From an uncultured Atopobiaceae bacterium (lineage in GTDB: Bacteria; Actinomycetota; Coriobacteriia; Coriobacteriales; Atopobiaceae): a DNA stretch of 64,000 nt. Positions 27,373 through 36,772 of the stretch are shown piece by piece. A model generated the notes under the pieces. The model did not search any database and was not told where the DNA came from. It was given only the letters and a program-made list of their open reading frames with translations. The position numbers and the translations under genes were made by a program. Location of the stretch: NCBI GenBank assembly GCA_963538475.1, contig CAUTIE010000003.1, positions 921 to 64,920 on the forward strand. Direction: 5' to 3'. Position 1 is the stretch's first letter; each line of letters opens with the position of its first letter.

Positions 27373-29130
27373 ATGTACCTAGAGAATATCAATGGACCGG
27401 AAGACGTAAAGAAGCTGAACGCAGAGGCTCGTGCGGCGCTTGCGCAGGAGATTCGCAACAATCTGCTGGTCATGGAGTCAAAGCACGGCGGCCACTTTGG
27501 TCCAAACTTTGGCATCGTCGAGGCAACAATTGCGCTCCACACTGTGTTCAATTCGCCCGTTGACCATATCGTTTACGACGTCTCGCACCAGACGTATCCG
27601 CACAAGATGCTCACCGGCCGCAAGCAGGCATACATGGATCCTGCGCTTTACGACTCGGTGTCTCCTTACACCGATCCCGCCGAGACCCCGCATGACCTCT
27701 TCAAAATCGGCCACACTTCCACGTCTATCAGCTTGGCGCTTGGTCTGGCAAAGGCTCGCGACATCATGGGCGGCAAGGAGAACATCATCGCAGTTATCGG
27801 CGACGGATCCATGTCCGGCGGCGAGGCTCTTGAGGGTTTGAACGTTGCCGGCGAGCTGAACAGCAACTTTATCAGCGTCTTCAACGACAACCAGATGTCA
27901 ATTGCCGAGAACCACGGTGGCATGTACGACCAGTTTGCTGAGCTGCGCCGCACCAACGGAACTGCCGAGAATAACCTCTTCAAGTCGATGGGTCTGGACT
28001 ACCTGTATGTTAATGACGGCAACGACATCGAGGCTCTTATCGCCGTATTTGAGCAGGTAAAAGACTCGGCCCATCCGGTCGTGGTCCACATCAACACGCT
28101 CAAGGGCAAGGGCTACGCTCCCGCGGAGGCAAACAAGGAGAAGTGGCACTGGCACATGCCGTTTGACATCCAGACTGGTCAGAGCCCTGCATCCGGTTCT
28201 TCCGAGTCGTATGCCAGTATTTTTGCAGAGTATGCCCTCAAGCGCGCAAAGACTGACTCAAAGTTCTTGGTGCTTATGTCGGCTGTTCCTGGCCTGCTTG
28301 GTCTTACGCAGGAACGTCGAGAAGAGCTAGGTAAGCACTACCTTGACGTGGGCATCGCTGAAGAAACTGCAGTTGCAATGGCTTCCGGCGCGGCTCACGC
28401 GGGCGCGCATGTAGTTTGGGGCTCAAGCGCAACCTTCATCCAGCGCACCTACGACCAGCTAACTCAGGACCTGGCACTCAACCAGAATCCTGCGGTTATC
28501 GTGGGATCTGGCTCCATTAGGGGTTTGATGGCCGCCACCCACCAGGGTCTCAGCAGCATTTCCATGATCGCAAATATCCCTAACATGGTGTACCTCGCGC
28601 CGTCCAACGCCGAGGAGTACGTTGCCATGCTCGACTGGGCACTTGACCAGGACAAACACCCTGTCTACATCGCAATCCCTTCCGGTCCCGTGGTCCACGC
28701 CGAGGGTCCCGTCCGCACAAACTTCGACGCCCTCAACACCTACGAGGTCACGCGCAAGGGCTCCAAGGTGGCAGTTCTTGCCCTGGGCGATTTCTACGAC
28801 CTTGGCGAGAAAACCGTTGAGGCCCTCAGCTCCACCCTGGGAATTGAAGCCACGCTGGTCAAACCATACTTTGCCTCTGGCATCGACCAGAATCTGCTCG
28901 ACGACCTGGTAAAAGACCACGACGTCATCGTGACCATTGAGGACGGCATTATCGAGGGCGGCTGGGGACAGAATATCGCTAGCCACCTGGGAACTTCTTC
29001 CGCACGTGTGCTGAACTACGGCGTCAAAAAGGCTTTCTACGACCGCGTCAACATCGCGGACCTTATGCGAGAAAGTCATCTGGATCCCGAGCTTATTGCC
29101 GCAGACGTTAAGCAGGCGTTGGACCTGTAA
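27373..29130 (+). CDS. dxs: 1-deoxy-D-xylulose-5-phosphate synthase
   Basis: GGHFG, DVSHQTYPHKMLTGR, GHTSTS, GDGS...NDNQMSI, DVGIAE, QRTYDQ. Confidence 0.95.
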   Translation: MYLENINGPEDVKKLNAEARAALAQEIRNNLLVMESKHGGHFGPNFGIVEATIALHTVFNSPVDHIVYDVSHQTYPHKMLTGRKQAYMDPALYDSVSPYTDPAETPHDLFKIGHTSTSISLALGLAKARDIMGGKENIIAVIGDGSMSGGEALEGLNVAGELNSNFISVFNDNQMSIAENHGGMYDQFAELRRTNGTAENNLFKSMGLDYLYVNDGNDIEALIAVFEQVKDSAHPVVVHINTLKGKGYAPAEANKEKWHWHMPFDIQTGQSPASGSSESYASIFAEYALKRAKTDSKFLVLMSAVPGLLGLTQERREELGKHYLDVGIAEETAVAMASGAAHAGAHVVWGSSATFIQRTYDQLTQDLALNQNPAVIVGSGSIRGLMAATHQGLSSISMIANIPNMVYLAPSNAEEYVAMLDWALDQDKHPVYIAIPSGPVVHAEGPVRTNFDALNTYEVTRKGSKVAVLALGDFYDLGEKTVEALSSTLGIEATLVKPYFASGIDQNLLDDLVKDHDVIVTIEDGIIEGGWGQNIASHLGTSSARVLNYGVKKAFYDRVNIADLMRESHLDPELIAADVKQALDL

Positions 29131-29195
29131 GCGTTGCGCTGCGATGCCGTCGTTGCTACGGCGTTGCACTTCTCGCGTCACATCAAAACTGCAAC

Positions 29196-29229
29196 AAAAA
29201 AGAGGGGCCGCATCTGCGGTCCCTCTTCT
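29196..29229. terminator. Bidirectional terminator between dxs and gldA
   Basis: aaaaaagaggggccgca-tc-tgcggtccctcttct. Confidence 0.7.
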
Positions 29230-29332
29230 GTATCAAGCGAATGTGCTGTTGCGGTGCGCTGGCACGACTCGCTATTGCGACCTGCCGCTCGGGCGTACCT
29301 TGCGGCGCGCCGCCGCACCTGCAGCTAGAAGC

Positions 29333-30427
29333 TTAAGCCTTAAGAGCGCGGCCCATAGCGTCAGCCTGAACGATAGCTGCATAGAGCTCGTCAGGAGTGA
29401 CATCGCCAGCGAGGTTGTGGATGGTCTCACCAGGAACGCAAGCAGCCTCAGCAATCTTCTTGATCTGCTCGTCAGTGGTGATGCCAACCTCCTCGAGGGT
29501 AGTTGGAAGACCAACCTCAAGGCAGAAGTCCTGAACCTCGTCGAACTCCTCCTGAGGAACACCCTCAAGAACAAGCTGGACCAGGGTACCAAAAGCAACG
29601 CAGTTGCCGTGAGGTGCGCTGTGGCCACCAAGGGAGGTGAGGCCGTTGTAGAAGGAGTGAGCTGCTGCGCAGTTAACGTTGTCAGCGCCGACGCCACTCA
29701 TGTAGACGGTTGCCTCGCAGATAGCCTCAAGAGCTGGGGTTACAACGTTGTTCTCGCAAGCCTTAATTGCCTGTGAACCGTAATCGCGAAGGGTGAGGTA
29801 GCACTCCTTAGCAATTGCCATACCAACGCGGGTGATGCCGGTTCCCTCAAGGGAAGGAGACTCAGTGCGGATGGATGCGCGACCCTCAAAGTAGGTGCCC
29901 AGTGCGTCGCCCATGCCTGCTACCAGGAAGGAAACAGGTGCGTTAGCGATGATCTGGGTGTCGACCATAACTGCATCTGGGTTCTGTGGGTAGAAGAGGT
30001 ACTTGTCAAAGGAACCGTCATCGTTGTAAATAACGGAGAGGCCGGTGCATGGAGCGTCAGTAGCTGCAACGGTTGGAAGAATAACGATGCGCTTACCAGC
30101 GTAATATGCGGTTGCCTTTGCGGTGTCAACAGCGCTGCCGCCGCCGATAGCGACGACTACGTCGATGTTGTCCTCCTCGACGATAGCCTTCATGCGGTTA
30201 ATCTCGCCGTTGGAAGAGATGCCACCGAAGACCTCGTAGCGACGGTAATAGTCGCCCTTGCCCTCGAAGCTCTGCTCGATCATGTCGTGGGTTGCTTTGT
30301 AGCCGCTGTTAGAGCAAACAAACAGGAAGCGCTTTCCCATGTAGCCCATCTCTTTTTCGAACTCGAGACAAGCATTTTTGCCCTGAACATACTTCAGTGG
30401 CTCACGCATTGCGCGTAGCATTTTCAT
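29333..30427 (-). CDS. gldA: Glycerol dehydrogenase
   Basis: P.KYVQG, GGGSAVDTAK, PT.AATDAPC, AGMGDAL, AAAHSFYNGLT, HG..VAFG. Confidence 0.93.
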   Translation of the reverse strand: MKMLRAMREPLKYVQGKNACLEFEKEMGYMGKRFLFVCSNSGYKATHDMIEQSFEGKGDYYRRYEVFGGISSNGEINRMKAIVEEDNIDVVVAIGGGSAVDTAKATAYYAGKRIVILPTVAATDAPCTGLSVIYNDDGSFDKYLFYPQNPDAVMVDTQIIANAPVSFLVAGMGDALGTYFEGRASIRTESPSLEGTGITRVGMAIAKECYLTLRDYGSQAIKACENNVVTPALEAICEATVYMSGVGADNVNCAAAHSFYNGLTSLGGHSAPHGNCVAFGTLVQLVLEGVPQEEFDEVQDFCLEVGLPTTLEEVGITTDEQIKKIAEAACVPGETIHNLAGDVTPDELYAAIVQADAMGRALKA

Positions 30428-30605
30428 AGGTTCCCCTCTCCGGATACGTTTTAGACCTATGTAATTTATGTTAGCACTGTCAAAAGAACATAACAGTAAG
30501 GAAAATATTTCTGCAGGAGTATTACTTTAAGTTAGCCCCACTAAATCAATAGGATAGTTGGAAATAATTCTATTTGGAGATCTTATAATATGGGGAAATC
30601 AAAAT

Positions 30606-30617
30606 GGGGGGGGGGGG
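30606..30617 (+). repeat. Poly-G tract (G12) 26 nt upstream of the MFS start
   Basis: aaaat-G12-ataaaa. Confidence 0.9.
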
Positions 30618-30643
30618 ATAAAAATAATCTAAAGAGGAAATGA

Positions 30644-31951
30644 ATGTTTGAAGGAAAGTTAGCAACAACAGAAAAGAACATTCTGCTCTACGAATGGTCA
30701 AATTATATTAATTCAAGCGTTCTGATTTGGACCATCTTAACCCTCTACTATCTTTGGCGTGGTTTAAGTTATTTTGATATTGCACTAGTTCAGAGTGTTG
30801 GAGCAATAGCTACAGCAGTGCTTGAGATTCCAACAGGATGGATATCTGATCGTTGCGGGCATCATATTGTTTTAAAAATTGCTTCTTTTTCTAGACTTGT
30901 GGCAATAGTGACTTTAACTTTTGCAAATAGTTTTTTATTGATGGTGGCTTCTGAATTATTCTTTTCTTTAGCAAGTGCATCACAGTCAGGAGCTGGAAGT
31001 GCTTTTCTTTTCGAGGCAACGAGTGCAAATTCCAGGACGGATAGGAAGAATGGAACATATGCTCTAATTCTTTCAAAAATGACAGGGACACAGTCAATTA
31101 TTAGAATTACAGTTCGCTTAATAGCTCCTGTTCTTTTTAGTATCAATCCTTTGATTCCTTTTGTTATTTCAATCTTTGTATATTTTCTTGGGCTATTAGT
31201 CACTTTGGAATTTAAAGAAAATAATGTAAGCCCTAATAGAAGAAACAATTGCCTACCAGAAGAAGATGGATTTATAAGGACTAGAACTAGTAAATTGAAT
31301 CTGAAAGAAAATGTACAGACATTTATTCAGGAACTTATAAAGATTGTGAAAACAAATATATTTATTTCGCTTTGTACAGTTTCAGCAATTTCATTAATTT
31401 TAGTTAGTAATTACAGCCAGTTTATTGCCCCAAATTTAACCGGTATGGGATTTGATATAAAGTTCTTAGGGATTGTTACTGCTGCTGCAAGTTTAGGCGA
31501 GTTTTTTGGATCGAGGCTTACAGCAAAGATAGTGAAAACACTTAAAGACTCTTATAAGAAATCCGCTGAAGATAGTATTGCGTTTTCAGGAAACGTAGAA
31601 TTTCTCGTTATTTTAGTTATTCTTTCCGTGATTGCGATCTTGATGCTATGCGCTGGGCTAATCCCAAGTATATACGTATGTATTTTTACTTATGTAGCGA
31701 TTAATTTATTTTCAACCACTTTGAGTATTTTGATAAACAATCAAATGAATTTAATCGCTGAAGAGAATAATCGCGCAACATTACTCTCCGTATCAAATCA
31801 GATTGAAGAAATCGCATCAGTGGTTTCGGATCCGTTAATTGGAGTTGCCTTAGACCTTTCAGGATTTGGAACAACTTATGTTGGTTTAGGCTGTATTACT
31901 CTTGTGGTAATAGCCCTTATTTTTACTATCCATTACAGGAAATATAGATAG
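30644..31951 (+). CDS. MFS transporter (AT-rich, probably horizontally acquired)
   Basis: LEIPTGWISDRCG motif A, SGA..A..FE, RATLLS; about 12 TM. Confidence 0.9.
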   Translation: MFEGKLATTEKNILLYEWSNYINSSVLIWTILTLYYLWRGLSYFDIALVQSVGAIATAVLEIPTGWISDRCGHHIVLKIASFSRLVAIVTLTFANSFLLMVASELFFSLASASQSGAGSAFLFEATSANSRTDRKNGTYALILSKMTGTQSIIRITVRLIAPVLFSINPLIPFVISIFVYFLGLLVTLEFKENNVSPNRRNNCLPEEDGFIRTRTSKLNLKENVQTFIQELIKIVKTNIFISLCTVSAISLILVSNYSQFIAPNLTGMGFDIKFLGIVTAAASLGEFFGSRLTAKIVKTLKDSYKKSAEDSIAFSGNVEFLVILVILSVIAILMLCAGLIPSIYVCIFTYVAINLFSTTLSILINNQMNLIAEENNRATLLSVSNQIEEIASVVSDPLIGVALDLSGFGTTYVGLGCITLVVIALIFTIHYRKYR

Positions 31952-32081
31952 TCATAATCTCAACTTCTCATAATCTATTGGGTTAAAGTTATCTGGAAAG
32001 TTTACGTGAACATACACTCACGAGCCGGCAAATGATATCCTTGTAGTGTCAAATTTTCGCACTGTGGTCTTTGGAGGACAC

Positions 32082-33284
32082 ATGCTTAGTTCTGTCGAAA
32101 TCAAACCCGATGTCTACTTTGTAGGCGCCCTTGACTGGAACGCTCGCGAGTTCCACGGCTACACCACTGAGCAGGGCATTACCTACAATGCATACCTTAT
32201 CTTGGACGAGAAGGTCACGCTCATTGACACCGTCAAGCGCCCATTCTCCGAGGAGCTGGTTGAGCGCATCAAGGGCATCATCGATCCAGCAAAGATTGAC
32301 GTTCTGATCTGCAACCACATCGAGATGGATCACTCCGGTAGCGTTCCTCGCATTCTGGAGCTTGCACCAAACGCCGAGGTCTACGCAAGTGCACCTCAGG
32401 GCGTCAAGGAGCTCAAGGCCTTCTATGGCGAGAATATCAACGTCAACGGCGTAAAGACGGGCGATACGCTCAACATTGGTAAACGCACCCTGACCTTTGT
32501 GCAGACGCCAATGGTCCACTGGCCAGACAACATGGTCACGTATTCCGAGTACGACAAGATCCTCTTCTCCAACGACGCATTTGGTCAGCACTACGCTTCA
32601 ACCACTCGCTTTGAAGACGAGTCCGACTACTGCGAGGTTATGAAGCAGGCTCGCAAGTACTACGCAAACATCGTTCTTCCTTACGGTCGTCAGGCTGACT
32701 CTGCTGTTACTGCAGTTAAGGGCATTGGTCTGGAGAACATCGATATTATCGCCCCAGCTCACGGCGTTGCATGGCGCTCCCACATTGCCGACATCATCTC
32801 CAAGTACGAGGAGTGGACTACCGGCAAGCTTGAGGAGAAAGCCCTGGTTGTGTACGACTCCATGTGGGGCTCAACCGACAAGATGGCTCATGCTCTCCTG
32901 GACGGTTTTCTGGCTGAAGGCATTCCTGCCCAGCTCATCGACCTCAAGGAGACTCATATCTCCAACGTCATGTACCACTTCCTGGACTCTAAGTATGTCT
33001 GCGTTGGTTCGCCTACGCTGAACTCTAAGTTCCTGCCTACCGTTTCTTCGTTCCTGACTTATATGAGCGGTCTGTCTCCAAAGAACGACCACCGTATTGG
33101 CTTTGCGTTTGGTTCTTACGGCTGGGCTCCACTTGGACCAAAGATGGTCCAGGCCGAGCTTGAGGCAGCAGAGTTCACTATGCCACTGCCTGTTCATGCT
33201 ATCGGCTGGATTCCTTCCGATGAGGACCTGGACGCCGTTCGTGCGCAGGTCAAGGACCTTGTCGAGGCTGGCAAGCAGCTCTAA
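32082..33284 (+). CDS. FprA family flavodiiron protein (A-type flavoprotein)
   Basis: TYNAYLI, NHIEMDHSG, VHWPD, FSNDAFGQH, PAHG, YDSMWGST, GSPTLN, FGSYGW. Confidence 0.96.
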   Translation: MLSSVEIKPDVYFVGALDWNAREFHGYTTEQGITYNAYLILDEKVTLIDTVKRPFSEELVERIKGIIDPAKIDVLICNHIEMDHSGSVPRILELAPNAEVYASAPQGVKELKAFYGENINVNGVKTGDTLNIGKRTLTFVQTPMVHWPDNMVTYSEYDKILFSNDAFGQHYASTTRFEDESDYCEVMKQARKYYANIVLPYGRQADSAVTAVKGIGLENIDIIAPAHGVAWRSHIADIISKYEEWTTGKLEEKALVVYDSMWGSTDKMAHALLDGFLAEGIPAQLIDLKETHISNVMYHFLDSKYVCVGSPTLNSKFLPTVSSFLTYMSGLSPKNDHRIGFAFGSYGWAPLGPKMVQAELEAAEFTMPLPVHAIGWIPSDEDLDAVRAQVKDLVEAGKQL

Positions 33285-33308
33285 TCTAGCGGTAAATTTA
33301 GTAAGACC

Positions 33309-33345
33309 AAGGCCCGCACATTCAGCCGAATGTGCGGGCCTTTTT
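33309..33345 (+). terminator. Terminator after FprA
   Basis: aaggcccgcacattc-agcc-gaatgtgcgggccttttt. Confidence 0.85.
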
Positions 33346-33405
33346 GCTGTTAAGGGGACCAAGCAGGCAGGAATGATGCAAATGACTCAGAAGTGACTTC
33401 GAAGT

Positions 33406-33553
33406 GGTAAAAAATGCGTTTAGTTGGAAGATACACATTTCTGCATATAGCGTTTGCCCAGATAAAAAATTTCAGGGCGGTAAAAAATCGTCTTAGTTGG
33501 AGATAAATCGGCTAATTTTCAATTTTCATTTCCAACTAAACGCGTTTTTTACC
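33406..33553. repeat. 148-bp element: two direct and one inverted copy of a 24-bp unit
   Basis: ggtaaaaaatgcgtttagttggaa (33406), ggtaaaaaatcgtcttagttggag (33479), ttccaactaaacgcgttttttacc (33530). Confidence 0.8.
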
Positions 33554-33904
33554 GTTTTGGGCACATAATTTTAGACATAAAAGTTACGTATTCATGTGGA
33601 TGAATTATTCAGGCAAGATATTCAAAATCTTGCATCAAATACTGAGAACTGCTTGTTAAACGGAATTGATACGGAAAATTGCGAGCCGCGCCATCAAAAT
33701 GACGCCGCGTGGTCACCCCTCATGCCGCACGGCTGACGCGGTCGACACGGGGCAGTCGATGCACAGCCAGCATGCGCTCACATATACGGTCGGCATTTCG
33801 TGGCGAGACTGTGTCAAATTCCTGAAGACTACAAGGTAGAGCGCGTTAGAGTACAATAGTCTGTACAAAAAGTAACTTCGAAGAGGTAGGTGCCCATACA
33901 CTCG

Positions 33905-35248
33905 ATGGACATTGCGTTAAGTATTGGAATAACTCTGCTGCTTACCCTGGTAAACGGCTTTTTTTCTGCGGCCGAGATGGCCATTGTTAGCTCTCGTCGC
34001 GCGGCACTTGAGGCGGACGTGGACGAGGGCGATCCAAGAGCCCTTGCTGTCATTGACATTGCCACTGATCGCGGATATTTCCTCGCAACAATCCAGGTCG
34101 CAATTACCCTGGTAGGTTTTGCGTCCTCAGCATTTGCTGCAACAAGCCTTTCCGCGCCATTTGGCACTTGGCTTATTAGCATTGGTGTCCACGCTGACCT
34201 GGCGCTTCCTTTAGCTGTCGTGGCTATTACGCTGATTGTTTCCTTCTTTTCCGTGGTCATCGGCGAACTGGTTCCAAAGAGCATCGGCCTAGCAAACTCC
34301 GAGGCAGTGGCCAAAGCAGTCGTCGGCCCTATGAAGGCGTTCATGCAGATTGTGCGTCCACTCGTGTTCATCACGTCTGCCTCGGCAGATGCGGTTACCA
34401 CGCTGATGGGCATTGACACTACCAACGACCATCAAGAGGTCACCGAGGAAGAGCTCCGCTACATCGTCAAGGATTCCGAGGACCTTTCTGAAGAAGAAAA
34501 ATCCATGATCCACGAGGTCATCGAGATGGGCGACACTGTTGTCCGCGAGGTAATGGTCCCGCGCGTTGACATGACCGCCATGGAGGACACCGCAACTATC
34601 GCCGAGGTCCTGCGCGTCATGCGCCAGACGGGCTTCTCGCGCATCCCTATCTACCACGAGAATATTGATCGCATCGTGGGCATCGCTCACATCAAAGATT
34701 TGCTGGAGCCGGCGCTTGACCAGCACGCTAGCGACGAGAAGATCGCGCGCTTCGTGCGTTCCGCGGACTATGTGCCTGATACCAAAGACATCATTCCGCT
34801 GCTCACTGAAATGCAGACAAGCCGCGATCAGATGGTTATCGCAGTTGACGAGTACGGTGGAACTGCCGGCGTCATCACCATCGAGGACATTGTCGAGGAG
34901 ATTGTCGGCGAGATTGAGGACGAGTTTGATCCGGACAACAAGTACCTGACGCAGCTCTCTGATAGAGAGTGGCTGGTAGACGGTCGTTTCTCGCTCAATG
35001 ATGCGAATGAACTTGGATGGCCGGTTGGGGAGTCCGAGGAGTATGAGACTATCGCGGGCTTTGTGCTGGATTTGGCTGGTCATCTGCCTCGTCCGGGCGA
35101 GGTGTTTGAGAAGGATGGCTACGTGTTTCGCGTACAGTCGATGCGCCGCCGTCGCCTTTCTCTGCTGCGCGTAATTGCGCCAGAACCACAGGTAGACGGT
35201 GAATCTGAGCCAGCCAGCGAAAACTCTGACACATCAGAAAATGAATAA
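33905..35248 (+). CDS. HlyC/CorC (CNNM-CBS-CorC) family transporter
   Basis: NGFFSAAEMA, GELVPK, MVPR, SRIP, VDEYGGTAG..T.EDIVEEIVGEI.DE; alternative start GTG 33890. Confidence 0.95.
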   Translation: MDIALSIGITLLLTLVNGFFSAAEMAIVSSRRAALEADVDEGDPRALAVIDIATDRGYFLATIQVAITLVGFASSAFAATSLSAPFGTWLISIGVHADLALPLAVVAITLIVSFFSVVIGELVPKSIGLANSEAVAKAVVGPMKAFMQIVRPLVFITSASADAVTTLMGIDTTNDHQEVTEEELRYIVKDSEDLSEEEKSMIHEVIEMGDTVVREVMVPRVDMTAMEDTATIAEVLRVMRQTGFSRIPIYHENIDRIVGIAHIKDLLEPALDQHASDEKIARFVRSADYVPDTKDIIPLLTEMQTSRDQMVIAVDEYGGTAGVITIEDIVEEIVGEIEDEFDPDNKYLTQLSDREWLVDGRFSLNDANELGWPVGESEEYETIAGFVLDLAGHLPRPGEVFEKDGYVFRVQSMRRRRLSLLRVIAPEPQVDGESEPASENSDTSENE

Positions 35249-35294
35249 CTAAAAGAATGATTACAATAGAGTGAACCAATAGAAAGAGGTTGAA

Positions 35295-36188
35295 ATGGCG
35301 CAGTTGATTTCTATCAAAAAAGTTGTGGTAGGACCCAAAAACTTAACCGCTACCGTTGAGTTTTCGGCTAAAGCGCCACGTTTGACCTCGGAAAATGCTG
35401 AGGCAACCGAGCGCGTGCTTGAGCTTTTGCCTGGCCTCTCCGAGCACCTGTGCTTGGGCGACGCCGACGCTCGTTTTGGACTTGTCGCCAACGATACCGA
35501 GGTTGCGCACCTGCTTGAGCACGTAACCGTGGAGCTCCTGGCTCTGACCAACCTTGCGGGAGATGTTTCGTCCGGCAAGACTTCCCTGGTGGATTCCCGC
35601 CGCGGCCTCTACGAGATTATCCTCGCATGCCCAGACGACGTGCTGGTAGCAGCCTCGCTGTCCAGCGCCGTATGGCTCCTCAACTGGGCATATGGCAACC
35701 AGGACGAGGCCGATCCAGACATCAACGCTATCGTTTCCGGCCTCGTTGCACTCATTCAGGACCTTGACGGCGAGAAGACCGATGAGCTCGCAGACTCCGC
35801 GGAACCTGAGACGGACGCTGCACCCCAGGCAGAGAGCGTAGACGCAGAGGATTACGCCGCCGACAACTCCTCCGAGGACGTCGCTGATGCAGCAGCCGCT
35901 GATGCAGTTGAGGCTGAGGTTGCAGACGCTGAGGAGAACAACGCCGAAGTCGCAGGCATCGACGCAGCCGACGCCGCCGACGAGGACGCCGTCGCGCCCG
36001 CTGCTGACGCCGATCCCGCCGCTGCCGAGCCCGCCACTGAGCCCGCTGCCGACGTCGCCGACGAGGCCATCGCAACTGAGCTTGCCGAGGCAACAGCCGC
36101 CGAGGACGCAACCGATGACTCTGAGGTCACCGACGTTCCAGACGATTGGAACATGATTAACGTTCCTCGTCCAAAGCCCGTTCGATAA
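35295..36188 (+). CDS. Stand-alone cyanophycin synthetase N-domain-like protein with acidic Ala-rich tail
   Basis: LPGLSEHLC...AHLLEHVTVEL resembles the CphA N domain (LP.L.EH.C...GH..EHVALEL). Confidence 0.7.
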   Translation: MAQLISIKKVVVGPKNLTATVEFSAKAPRLTSENAEATERVLELLPGLSEHLCLGDADARFGLVANDTEVAHLLEHVTVELLALTNLAGDVSSGKTSLVDSRRGLYEIILACPDDVLVAASLSSAVWLLNWAYGNQDEADPDINAIVSGLVALIQDLDGEKTDELADSAEPETDAAPQAESVDAEDYAADNSSEDVADAAAADAVEAEVADAEENNAEVAGIDAADAADEDAVAPAADADPAAAEPATEPAADVADEAIATELAEATAAEDATDDSEVTDVPDDWNMINVPRPKPVR

Positions 36189-36245
36189 ACGCACCTATTG
36201 CGGTATGATTACGTACAGCGTTTTGCTGTTTAACAGGAGGTACTT

Positions 36246-36707
36246 ATGAGCAAGAAGTCTGCTGGTTTCTTTCTAGGCGCTATTTTTGGTGCTGCTGCTG
36301 GCGCTGTAGCTGGTCTTTTCCTGGCTCCACGTTCCGGCGAGGAGACTCGCGCTTTGGCTGCAGATGCTGTCAATGATGCATGGGATTCCGCACTTGATTC
36401 TTACGAGCGCACATCTAAGGTTGTGAGCACTAAGATTGACGAGGTCAAGCCTACTGTTGACGCAAAGACCGATGAGCTCCGCGCAAAGGTTGATCTTGCT
36501 CGCGAGCGCATGGATCAGCTCCGTGAGTCACTTTCTGATGCTGTGACCTCTGCTTCTAATACTGTCGCAGATGCTGCTGATGTTGTTGCAGACTCCTTTG
36601 TTGTTCCAGAGCCAACCGCCACAACCGCTGAGGCTCAGGCTGTTCGCATCGAGAACGTTGAGTCCCACGAGCAGGATCACGCTGGCGAGGGCTACCAGGA
36701 GGCATAA
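36246..36707 (+). CDS. YtxH domain protein
   Basis: FFLGAIFGAAAGAVAGLFLAPRSGEETR. Confidence 0.9.
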   Translation: MSKKSAGFFLGAIFGAAAGAVAGLFLAPRSGEETRALAADAVNDAWDSALDSYERTSKVVSTKIDEVKPTVDAKTDELRAKVDLARERMDQLRESLSDAVTSASNTVADAADVVADSFVVPEPTATTAEAQAVRIENVESHEQDHAGEGYQEA

Positions 36708-36772
36708 GCCTCACTTACAAGCAATGTGACGGGACGCCTTATGACGTCCCGTTTTTTATAGAGAGGTTTCAC

